From: Gammaproteobacteria bacterium
GTDB lineage: Bacteria > Pseudomonadota > Gammaproteobacteria > GCA-002705445 > GCA-002716945
DNA: 40,000 nt
Direction: 5' to 3'
Assembly (NCBI GenBank): GCA_045561295.1
Contig: JBJKYD010000015.1
Location: 9,888-49,887, forward strand
Both the position numbers and the translations under genes were made by a program. Of the stretch, positions 26,897-35,048 are shown in pieces. How positions within the stretch are numbered: position 1 is the first letter of the stretch; each line of letters starts with the position of its first letter. Below the pieces are notes generated by a model. The model did not search any database, was not told the DNA's origin, and was given only the letters and a program-made list of their open reading frames with translations.

Positions 26897-27423
26897 TTAT
26901 TTAGTTTCTTAAGGCTCGTTTTTAATGCTTTCACATTATCAACAACGGTTACATTTTTAAACTTTTTTAATGTTTTATAGTTTTTTAAATCTATATCTCT
27001 TGGATATAGAGTCACAAGCTTTTTAGGTGCTTGAGTTATAACAACAGGCTCGGTATCACATGCAAAAACTAAAGAATGGACTTCACATTTTCCTGCCTGT
27101 GCAAACATATTAGTCACCAAATTAGTTGAAATACCCTGTGCCATTAATGCAATAGTGTTAGAAGTAGCTGGTGAGATAACAATCAATTTATAAACTGACT
27201 CATATAAAAGGCTAACTGGGGCAGAACTAGATGTTATATCTTTGAATATTTTTATCTTCTTCTTTTTAAAGGTTGATAAATCATAGTTGTACCATTTTAA
27301 TACTTCCTCACCAGCTTTACTTAAATATAAATCAACATTCTCAAGTGTAAGCAACAATTCTATTGATTCTTTTAGATAGTGACCAGAACCGGTTATACAC
27401 CATGCAATCTTTTTTTTATCCAT
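26893..27423 (-). CDS. afpA: AfpA/DmrB-family flavoprotein, probable dihydromethanopterin reductase
   Basis: 176 aa. The N-terminus KIAWCITGSGHYL is typical of the flavoprotein (PF02441-like) fold. Island context supports the call. Confidence 0.6.
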   Translation of the reverse strand: MDKKKIAWCITGSGHYLKESIELLLTLENVDLYLSKAGEEVLKWYNYDLSTFKKKKIKIFKDITSSSAPVSLLYESVYKLIVISPATSNTIALMAQGISTNLVTNMFAQAGKCEVHSLVFACDTEPVVITQAPKKLVTLYPRDIDLKNYKTLKKFKNVTVVDNVKALKTSLKKLNK

Positions 27424-28024
27424 ATATTTTACTTATTAACTCTTTATTTATTTCTATATCTTCTTTTGAATTTATATTTAAGAACATTTCATTATCATGA
27501 TTAAATAATACTTCATCAAATCCACATGAAGTATACCATTTATCGATCTTTCTCTCCCCTGATTGTAGGAATTCTTGGAGATTATTAGCTAAAGATGAAT
27601 CTATGTAAGCATATACTGGCTGTAATCTATCACCAGTTCTAATTACTTTTATTGAGCTATTTCCAGTATGATTAAGCAGGGTTTCAAAATATGCTTTATT
27701 TACAAAAGGCCCGTCACATGGCAATACTACTAACTTATGGTTTTTACATTTTTTAAGAGCTGTGTATATACCTGAGAGAGGTCCCTGGAAATCATCTAAG
27801 ATATCTGTATATACCTGCTTATGTATTTTTTCATATTCTTTGAGGTTGTTATTTGCTATCACAAATACATCTGATGAGAATTCACTTGCTATACTGATAA
27901 TCCTTGAAAGCACTAATTTGCCATTGAACCTTATTAATCCTTTGTCTTCACCTTCCATTCGTGATGATTTGCCACCAGCTAAGATTGCAACTGATACATC
28001 ATCCTTTTGTAATTTGTGTGACAT
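27416..28024 (-). CDS. mobA: Molybdenum cofactor guanylyltransferase
   Basis: N-terminal motif VAILAGGKSSRM.G.DKGL, then GPLSGI and LPCDGPF. 202 aa. Confidence 0.8.
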   Translation of the reverse strand: MSHKLQKDDVSVAILAGGKSSRMEGEDKGLIRFNGKLVLSRIISIASEFSSDVFVIANNNLKEYEKIHKQVYTDILDDFQGPLSGIYTALKKCKNHKLVVLPCDGPFVNKAYFETLLNHTGNSSIKVIRTGDRLQPVYAYIDSSLANNLQEFLQSGERKIDKWYTSCGFDEVLFNHDNEMFLNINSKEDIEINKELISKIYG

Positions 28025-28074
28025 TACAATATTATAGTCAGATAATTAGAAATAAATAACTTATATAAATAGAT

Positions 28075-29040
28075 ATGAAAGTTTTCTTGGCACCTATGGT
28101 AGGTAGAACAGATAAATATTTTAGGAAATTGGTACGTATAATTTCGCCAAATATTGTCTTATTTACTGAAATGATAACAGTCGATTCTCTTATCAGAGGC
28201 AGTTTTAAAAAATATTTAGTTAATGAAACAGAACACCCTTTAGTAATTCAACTTGCAGGCAATGATAGAAATAAATTTGTAGAATGTACTAAGATTGTAT
28301 CAGAGCAAGGTTTTGATGAAATTAATTTAAATATTGGATGCCCAAGTTCTAAAGTTGTAAAGGGCGGCTTTGGTGCATGCCAAATTGAAGATCCAATTAA
28401 AGTTGCTCAGTATGTAGAAGCTATAAAAGCTCTAACAAATATTCCAGTATCAATAAAAACTCGATTAGGTCTAGGTTATGATCATGATTTAAAAAACATT
28501 AAAGAATTTATTCGAATAACAAGTGAATCTGGGTGTGACACATACTATATTCATGCTCGAAATGCTATCTTGAATGGTATATCAACTCGTAAAAATAGAA
28601 GCATTCCTCCACTTAGGTATAATGATGTTTTGAAGCTTAAAGAATTATTTCCTCACATTAATATTTATATCAATGGAGGTATTGAAGACATTAATGAAAT
28701 TAAAAAGATGTTGGATACATATAATGGCGTCATGATAGGAAGAAAAATTTATAATAATCCTATGTTTTTGTCAGAAGTAGAGCATATTATTTTTTCAAAT
28801 AATGTTAGCTTTTCAATCCAAGATGTTGTTCGCGAATACATAAGTAGATTAGATGCTGAGGAGGCACTTAATAAGCAATATGCGCTTAAACACCTTACTA
28901 ATTTATATAAAGGGACAGCACTATCTAAAAAATGGAGAATATATCTTCATAATTTAATTAATTCTGACCAACGTATTGAGAATTTAGGGAACTTTTTTAT
29001 TGAGAATCATTATGAAGAGAAGAAAGTTAACTGCTCGTAA
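28075..29040 (+). CDS. dusA: tRNA-dihydrouridine synthase A
   Basis: LAPMVGRTDKYFR, HPLVIQLAGND, FDEINLNIGCPS.KV..G.FGAC and IKTRLG parallel E. coli DusA blocks. Confidence 0.85.
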   Translation: MKVFLAPMVGRTDKYFRKLVRIISPNIVLFTEMITVDSLIRGSFKKYLVNETEHPLVIQLAGNDRNKFVECTKIVSEQGFDEINLNIGCPSSKVVKGGFGACQIEDPIKVAQYVEAIKALTNIPVSIKTRLGLGYDHDLKNIKEFIRITSESGCDTYYIHARNAILNGISTRKNRSIPPLRYNDVLKLKELFPHINIYINGGIEDINEIKKMLDTYNGVMIGRKIYNNPMFLSEVEHIIFSNNVSFSIQDVVREYISRLDAEEALNKQYALKHLTNLYKGTALSKKWRIYLHNLINSDQRIENLGNFFIENHYEEKKVNCS

Positions 29041-29818
29041 TGCAGATATTAACAGACTCTATGAGGAGTCTGTACAATGTACAGAATTTGAAGTAAGTTT
29101 CATTAATAAGCTATTCAAGAGATATAACAAAACAAAATGTAAGAGCCTTAGAGAGGATTTCTGTGCTTCTGCTTTAATATCCTCTGAGTGGGTTCGCGAT
29201 AATAAAGATAATATTGCCATTGCTGTTGATTTAGATAGAAACATGATTAAGGAGGCAAAGAAAACAGCTTTATCAAGACTTAGTTCAGAACAGCAAAAAA
29301 GAATCAAGATTTGTTACGGAGATTCATCAAAGTTCAATACTGATAAAGTTGACTGTATTTTAGCCACAAATTTCAGCTATTTTGTTTTTAAACAGAGAAA
29401 AAAATTAATAGATTATTTCAAACATGCATATAAACAACTGAAAAACAGAGGAATATTTATGCTGGATGCATTTGGCGGTTATGAAGCTCATCAGCTTTTG
29501 GAGGAAAGAACGAAACACAAAAATTTTACATACGTATGGGATCAGTCTTCTTTTAATCCTATTACTCATGAGATCAAATGTCATATTCATTTTGAGTTTC
29601 CTGATAAGACAGCACGTAAAAGAGCATTTACCTATGAGTGGAGATTATGGATGCTACCGGAAATACAAGAATGCCTTAAAGAAGCTGGATTCACCAAAGT
29701 AGATGTATATATGCAAGGTTGGAATGAGAAGAAGAATGAAGAAACAGAAAGGTTTTATAAGGTCACTAAATGTGATGCAGATCCAGCATGGGTAGCGTAT
29801 CTAGCAGCAAGAAAATAG
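29012..29818 (+). CDS. Probable class I SAM-dependent methyltransferase
   Basis: RKLTARNADINRLYEESVQ ... LREDFCASALIS ... VDCILATNFSYFVF ... GIFMLDAFGG resembles a conserved uncharacterised methyltransferase family. ATG 29012 is preferred over the ORF-track TTG 29000. Confidence 0.5.
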   Translation: MKRRKLTARNADINRLYEESVQCTEFEVSFINKLFKRYNKTKCKSLREDFCASALISSEWVRDNKDNIAIAVDLDRNMIKEAKKTALSRLSSEQQKRIKICYGDSSKFNTDKVDCILATNFSYFVFKQRKKLIDYFKHAYKQLKNRGIFMLDAFGGYEAHQLLEERTKHKNFTYVWDQSSFNPITHEIKCHIHFEFPDKTARKRAFTYEWRLWMLPEIQECLKEAGFTKVDVYMQGWNEKKNEETERFYKVTKCDADPAWVAYLAARK

Positions 29819-29853
29819 ATTGATTACTGCTAGTAGAAATTTATAATACATCT

Positions 29854-30184
29854 GAGAGTTAGTTATACAGCTACTATGTTTTACATAGAGGAAAGTCCGG
29901 GCTCCAGGGATAAAAGCGCCAGGTAATACCTGGAAAATGTGAGTTTTGGAAAGTGCTGCAGAAAATAACCGCCTTCATTGAAGGTAAGGGTGAAAAGGTG
30001 AGGTAAGAGCTCACCGCTGATTAGGTAACTAATTAGGCAAAAGTAAACCCCGCTTGGAGCAAGGCAAATTTGTGATTAATCCCAAAATAATCACGTGGTT
30101 GCTGCTTATGAGGTTATTGGTGACAATAACCCTAGATAAATGGCTGTACAAGACAGAACCCGGCTTATCAACTAACTCTCACAT
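29854..30184 (+). ncRNA. rnpB: RNase P RNA, bacterial type A (compact, about 330 nt)
   Basis: Universal elements GAGGAAAGTCCGGGCTCC (29889-29906) and ACAGAACCCGGCTTA (30152-30166) are present, plus GGTAAGGGTGAAA and GGTAAGAGC as in E. coli M1 RNA. The P1 helix is GAGAGTTAGTT (29854-29864) paired with AACTAACTCTC (30170-30180). Confidence 0.9.
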
Positions 30185-30273
30185 CCTCATATATACAATA
30201 TAAACTATTGATTTATATCAGATTAATATATTTCATATTTTTTGAAAAATCATTGATTTAACGCTTCTTGTGC

Positions 30274-30302
30274 TTGCAAATAATAAAAATAAGGCATATA
30301 GT
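30274..30302 (+). promoter_or_regulatory. Candidate sigma70 promoter of the dcw operon
   Basis: TTGCAA (30274-30279), a 17-nt spacer, then TATAGT (30297-30302), about 40 nt upstream of the mraZ ATG. Confidence 0.45.
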
Positions 30303-30345
30303 GTTGATAAATGGAATATTTTGTCAATTAGTGGAGAATAATGGA
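30301..30345 (+). promoter_or_regulatory. Candidate MraZ operator: phased nTGKn repeats at exact 10-nt spacing
   Basis: GTGTT (30301), ATGGA (30311), TTGTC (30321), GTGGA (30331) and ATGGA (30341, which contains the mraZ start codon). MraZ is reported to bind direct (G)TGGG-like repeats with 10-bp periodicity near its own promoter. Confidence 0.35.
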
Positions 30346-30802
30346 TAATTTATTTAAAGGTATACATAACATCAACCTTGATTCAAAAGGTAGATTAGGT
30401 ATACCTGTAACCTACAGAGACCATATCACAGGACTTTTAAAAGGCTCTATGGTTATTACCATCGATACTGAAGAAAAATGTCTACTACTTTACCCCTCTG
30501 GTATATGGGCAAAAATACAAAGCAAAATCAATGAATTACCATCATTTAATAAGAACGCTCGAAGAATACAAAGATTATTAGTGGGTCATGCTGAAGATAT
30601 TGATGTTGATTCCTCCGGCAGAATACTTATTTCTAAACCATTGAGAGAATATGCATCATTAGTTAAAAAAATCATTCTTATAGGTCAGGGTGATAAGTTC
30701 GAAATATGGGATCAAAATTTATGGAATCAAAATGTAGATAAGTGGAGAGACGAGGTGACTTCTAATGATGATGCTGAAGCACTAAGTGATATTAGCATAT
30801 GA
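30341..30802 (+). CDS. mraZ: Transcriptional regulator MraZ
   Basis: 153 aa with two SpoVT/AbrB-like halves. The DSKGRLGIP and DSSGRILI motifs match the MraZ duplicated D-x-x-x-R signature. Confidence 0.9.
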   Translation: MDNLFKGIHNINLDSKGRLGIPVTYRDHITGLLKGSMVITIDTEEKCLLLYPSGIWAKIQSKINELPSFNKNARRIQRLLVGHAEDIDVDSSGRILISKPLREYASLVKKIILIGQGDKFEIWDQNLWNQNVDKWRDEVTSNDDAEALSDISI

Positions 30803-30993
30803 TCAATAATAACTATTTCAAAACTCTTGGCGTATCTCCAAATGAAGATTTGGATATTATTAAAAAAGCATTCAAACGCCTAGCATCTAAATATCATCCT
30901 GATAAAAACAATGACAACATTGATGCTCAAAGAATCTTTATAAAAATTACAACTGCATATGAAAAAATAATGGAGTTTAGAAAAAATGGATAA
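30799..30993 (+). CDS. J-domain-only protein (64 aa, DnaJ-like co-chaperone domain)
   Basis: YFKTLGVSPNEDLDIIKKAFKRLASKYHPDKN....AQRIFIKITTAYEKI is a complete J-domain with an HPD tripeptide. ATGA overlap with the mraZ stop and an 8-nt overlap with the rsmH start. Confidence 0.75.
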   Translation: MINNNYFKTLGVSPNEDLDIIKKAFKRLASKYHPDKNNDNIDAQRIFIKITTAYEKIMEFRKNG

Positions 30994-31918
30994 TACATCT
31001 TTTCATATCCCAGTACTGAAAGCAGACTCTATTCATCAGCTAATTACAGATGAAAATGGCATTTACATAGATGCAACTCTAGGCTATGGAGGGCATACAA
31101 GAGAGATTCTCGATTCAACAAGCAAGAAAGCTAGGATATATGGAATAGACAAAGATATTGATGCTATCGAATTTAATTCGAATGAATTATCAGATGAGAA
31201 GAGATTTACCCTAAGACATGGATGTTTTTCTTCTCTTCATGAATACGCGAAGACATGGAACATTTATGGAGCTGTAAATGGGATACTATTTGATTTAGGA
31301 GTTTCATCAGTTCACTTAGATGATGGCGATAGGGGCTTTAGCTTTACTAAAGACGCTCCATTAGATATGAGATTTAATAGATTGGAAGGTAAAACTGTTT
31401 CTGATTACTTGAATAAATTACCAGAAAAAGAAATTGAAAGAATACTCCGAGTGTATGGTCAAGAAAAGTTCTCAAAAAGGATTGCTCGAAATATCATTAA
31501 GTATAGAGAAAAAAACAGAATAACAAATACTTTTGAACTTGTTGATATTATTAATAAATCTGTTTTAGTAAATGATAAGCATAAACATAATGCTACAAGA
31601 TCATTTCAAGCTCTAAGAATATTCATCAATAAAGAATTGGATGTACTAAAGGATGTTTTAGAGAAATCTTTCGATGTTCTTGCACCAAAAGGAAGGCTTG
31701 TATTAATCACTTATCATTCTCTAGAAGAGAGAGTGATTAAAGATTTTCTAATATATACAGATCACTACTTATCAGCGCCAAGAAAAATTCCAATAAAACA
31801 AGATTTTATGGACAAAATGTTTAATTTAATAAAAAAAATTAAGCCATCCGATGAAGAGATTGAAATAAATCCTCGTTCAAGATCGGCCAAAATTAATGTA
31901 CTTGAGAAACAATCATGA
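30986..31918 (+). CDS. rsmH: 16S rRNA (cytosine1402-N4)-methyltransferase
   Basis: HIPVL, YIDATLGYGGHT, FDLGVSS.HLD...RGFSF, PLDMR and NPRSRSAK motifs are present. Confidence 0.9.
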   Translation: MDNTSFHIPVLKADSIHQLITDENGIYIDATLGYGGHTREILDSTSKKARIYGIDKDIDAIEFNSNELSDEKRFTLRHGCFSSLHEYAKTWNIYGAVNGILFDLGVSSVHLDDGDRGFSFTKDAPLDMRFNRLEGKTVSDYLNKLPEKEIERILRVYGQEKFSKRIARNIIKYREKNRITNTFELVDIINKSVLVNDKHKHNATRSFQALRIFINKELDVLKDVLEKSFDVLAPKGRLVLITYHSLEERVIKDFLIYTDHYLSAPRKIPIKQDFMDKMFNLIKKIKPSDEEIEINPRSRSAKINVLEKQS

Positions 31919-32184
31919 ACCTTGGGACAACATTAATATTAATAGTTTTGATTACTGTATCTGCATTTGGCGCTATTTTTGTTAAATATCAAAACAGAAC
32001 ACTTAATATAGAAGTTTCAAAGAATGAGCGAATATTATTTGAAACATCAGAGAGATATAGAGAGCTTTTAGAGCAAAAGGTAAATCTCACTGATAGTAAA
32101 CTTCAAAAGAGCGGTTTAGGTGAAACGCTTGGAATGAGCCTTCCATCTAAAGAAAGAATTTTAATCATGAACTTAAACAATTAG
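31915..32184 (+). CDS. ftsL: Cell division protein FtsL
   Basis: 89 aa. An N-terminal TM helix is followed by a coiled-coil-like segment and a ..LGMSLPSKERI.. tail, as in FtsL. In the position after rsmH, with an ATGA overlap. Confidence 0.75.
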   Translation: MNLGTTLILIVLITVSAFGAIFVKYQNRTLNIEVSKNERILFETSERYRELLEQKVNLTDSKLQKSGLGETLGMSLPSKERILIMNLNN

Positions 32185-32194
32185 GAGGAACACC

Positions 32195-33340
32195 ATGTTT
32201 GAAATAGTAAATAATTATAATCAGAACGCGGTTATCAAAGTCATTGGTGTTGGAGGTGGTGGCGGTAATGCAATCATATCAATGCTTAAGTCCCAAATTC
32301 ATGGAGCTGACTTCATAATTGCAAACACAGATGTTCAGGCATTAAGAGATGTGAGTGGTGCAACTACCGTACAGATTGGTTCTGAAATCACAAAAGGTTT
32401 AGGCGCTGGGGCAGATCCTGAAAAAGGTAAACAAGCAGCATTAGAAGCAAGTGAAATATTAAAAGAGTCTATTGAAGGCGCTGATATGCTTTTTATTGCA
32501 GCTGGCATGGGCGGTGGAACAGGAACTGGTGCAGCACCTGTGATTGCCCAGATTGCTAGAGATCTTGGTATTTTAACGGTTGCTGTAGTAACCAAACCAT
32601 TTGAATTTGAAGGTCCAGAGAGAATGTCTAACGCTCAAGAGGGCATTGATAACCTTGAGCAATGGGTGGACTCACTTATAGTGATACCTAATTCGAAATT
32701 GAAAGAAGTATATGGTGGTGGAGAGTCTATATTCTCGTCATTTGAAAACGCTAATGACGTTCTAAGAGGAGCTGTTAAAGGTATTACAGAGATAATAACT
32801 ATCAGGGGATTCATGAACGTTGATTTTGCTGATGTTAAAACAGTAATGTCTGGGATGGGTAAGGCCATGATGGGATCAGGTGTTTCATCAGGCGAGAATC
32901 GTGCCATCGATGCTGTAACTGCAGCTCTTAGTAGTCCGCTACTAGATAATATTGATCTTCAAGGCGCGAGCGGTGTATTAGTTAATATCACTTCTGGTTC
33001 TGATCTAACTACTGATGAATTCGAGGTTATTGGTAGTAAAATTCGAGAAATAGCAAATGAAGATGCTAAAATTATAACTGGCTGTATTAAAGAAGATGAT
33101 AACATCGGAGATTTACGTGTGACTATTATTGCTACTGGTTTTTCACAAGATAATAAAATAGATGTAAATTCTTCTGAAGTTAACCAAAGCACACAAGAAA
33201 GCACAACTAATAATCCTAGTATTTCATATCCTAGTAATAGTGAAGCAAAAAATGATGCAATAACACAAGTAAATGTTAGTCAGCAGGAAGATCAGACATC
33301 TCTCGATATTCCAGCATTTTTAAGACAACAAGCTGATTAA
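32195..33340 (+). CDS. ftsZ: Cell division GTPase FtsZ
   Basis: IKVIGVGGGGGNA, tubulin signature GMGGGTGTGAAPV, T7 loop NVDFADV, and the C-terminal conserved peptide DIPAFLRQQAD. Strong RBS TAGGAGGA. Confidence 0.95.
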   Translation: MFEIVNNYNQNAVIKVIGVGGGGGNAIISMLKSQIHGADFIIANTDVQALRDVSGATTVQIGSEITKGLGAGADPEKGKQAALEASEILKESIEGADMLFIAAGMGGGTGTGAAPVIAQIARDLGILTVAVVTKPFEFEGPERMSNAQEGIDNLEQWVDSLIVIPNSKLKEVYGGGESIFSSFENANDVLRGAVKGITEIITIRGFMNVDFADVKTVMSGMGKAMMGSGVSSGENRAIDAVTAALSSPLLDNIDLQGASGVLVNITSGSDLTTDEFEVIGSKIREIANEDAKIITGCIKEDDNIGDLRVTIIATGFSQDNKIDVNSSEVNQSTQESTTNNPSISYPSNSEAKNDAITQVNVSQQEDQTSLDIPAFLRQQAD

Positions 33341-33383
33341 TAATCTAAAAAAAAATCAGAACCTGAGGCTGTCATTATTTATA

Positions 33384-35048
33384 GTGGCAGCCTTTCTTGT
33401 TTTGATAATAATAATTTTTAGACTATATCAGATTCAAGTTAATGCAACGGATTGTTTTTATTTTAATAAAGGATCATGCAAAGAGAATATTCTTGAAGTG
33501 GCTGAAAAAAGGCAAATTCATAGTGTTAAACTGACCGCACAAAGAGGAAGTATCTATGATAGAAACAATAATATTTTAGCTATGTCTTTACCAATAAAAA
33601 CTCTTTGCATTAATCCGAGTAGATTATATAAGAGTAACAATAAATCTATTATGGAATTATCTAAAGATCTTGGTTTATCTGAAAAAAAATTAAAACAAAT
33701 TATTTATAAAAATAAAAATAAAAAAGAATTTTATTTGAAAAGACATGTCTCGAAAGATTTTTATTTAAAAATTAAGAGTTTAAATAATCCTAATCTTTAT
33801 TTTATTAATGAAAATAAAAGAAGTTATCTAGGCGGTAAACCTTTTTCAAATATTTTAGGATTTACAAATATAGATGATAAAGGACAAGAAGGTATTGAAT
33901 TCATAAGTAATAAAATTCTATCACCAGAGCATGGATTAAAAAAAGTGAAAAAAGATAATATCGGTCGTCCCATTGAAACAATAGGCATTATAAGAAAACC
34001 AGTCCCAGGCCAAGATGTTTTTCTCACATTGGATAAAAGAATACAAATAATTGCATATGAAACCCTAAGAAAATATATTACAAAATTTAAAGCTGAGAGT
34101 GGCTCTATAATTTTAATTGAATCAAATACAGGCGACATAATGTCAATGACTAACTATCCATCATTTAATCCAGATAGAAGGAGTGAGTTTAGAGGGAAGA
34201 AAATTAAAAACCGGGCTGTCTATGATTTAATTGAACCTGGATCTACTATTAAACCATTGATAATATACTACGGTTTACACAATGAAGTAATTAGTGAATC
34301 AACAATAATAAATACCGCACCAGGCGTTATTCTACTTGAAGATAAAGAAATTAAAGATTGGAAATATTTAGGAAAAGTAAGTCCAAGAGATATTATTAAA
34401 TTATCTAGTAACATCGGAGCAGCAAAAGTCTCAAGTAAACTCTCAAAGAAACAGCTTATAGACGGATTAAATGAACTAGGTTTCGGTCAATCACTATTTC
34501 TAAATTTACCTGGATCAAAAACTGGTTCTTTGCCGCTTTCATCTGAGTTATCAAATTCAGGCCATATGAGTCTCGGTTATGGATATGGTCTCTCAACATC
34601 ACTAATGCATCTTGCAAGTGCTTTTACTACACTTGCTAATTATGGCAACAGGGTACAAATAAATTATTTGAAAAATAATAAAGACTTTAAAAAAGATAAT
34701 ATTTTAAATAGGGATAACTCAATAAAAGTATTAGATATGATGAGAGATGTAGTACATTCAAACGATGGAACAGGAAGGCAGGCTAAAGTAGAAGGATACA
34801 CGGTTTATGGCAAGACAGGTACAGTTAGACAGATTGTAGATGGCAAATATGCAAAAGATAAACATAACGCCTTATTTGTTGGAATACTAGGAGACCCTGA
34901 ACCTAAATATGTTGCTGCTGTCATAGTAAGGAACCCAAAAAATAAGGAAGGCTCTGGAGGTCTTCATGCAGCACCTATTTTTGGCGAATTTATGCAACAT
35001 TCAATGAGAATTTTAAATGATATAAGTTATGCTAATAACAGACAATAA
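33384..35048 (+). CDS. ftsI: Peptidoglycan D,D-transpeptidase FtsI (PBP3); true start probably upstream at a non-canonical codon
   Basis: PBP dimerisation and transpeptidase domains with STIKP (S-x-x-K), SSN (S-x-N) and KTGT (K-T-G). The first canonical start (GTG 33384) lies inside the membrane anchor; see findings. Confidence 0.85.
   Translation: MAAFLVLIIIIFRLYQIQVNATDCFYFNKGSCKENILEVAEKRQIHSVKLTAQRGSIYDRNNNILAMSLPIKTLCINPSRLYKSNNKSIMELSKDLGLSEKKLKQIIYKNKNKKEFYLKRHVSKDFYLKIKSLNNPNLYFINENKRSYLGGKPFSNILGFTNIDDKGQEGIEFISNKILSPEHGLKKVKKDNIGRPIETIGIIRKPVPGQDVFLTLDKRIQIIAYETLRKYITKFKAESGSIILIESNTGDIMSMTNYPSFNPDRRSEFRGKKIKNRAVYDLIEPGSTIKPLIIYYGLHNEVISESTIINTAPGVILLEDKEIKDWKYLGKVSPRDIIKLSSNIGAAKVSSKLSKKQLIDGLNELGFGQSLFLNLPGSKTGSLPLSSELSNSGHMSLGYGYGLSTSLMHLASAFTTLANYGNRVQINYLKNNKDFKKDNILNRDNSIKVLDMMRDVVHSNDGTGRQAKVEGYTVYGKTGTVRQIVDGKYAKDKHNALFVGILGDPEPKYVAAVIVRNPKNKEGSGGLHAAPIFGEFMQHSMRILNDISYANNRQ

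Noticed and set aside
30207-30260. 9-nt direct repeat ATTGATTTA (30207-30215 and 30252-30260) between rnpB and the dcw promoter
   Set aside because: It is a short AT-only word in an AT-rich spacer, so chance recurrence is likely. I see no further structure such as a palindrome or phasing.
32335-33204. Three minus-strand ORFs (81-90 aa) antisense to ftsZ; also 19750-19998 and 19967-20275 antisense to fae
   Set aside because: Open antisense frames are typical of locally GC-richer, codon-biased genes. There is no independent evidence of coding.
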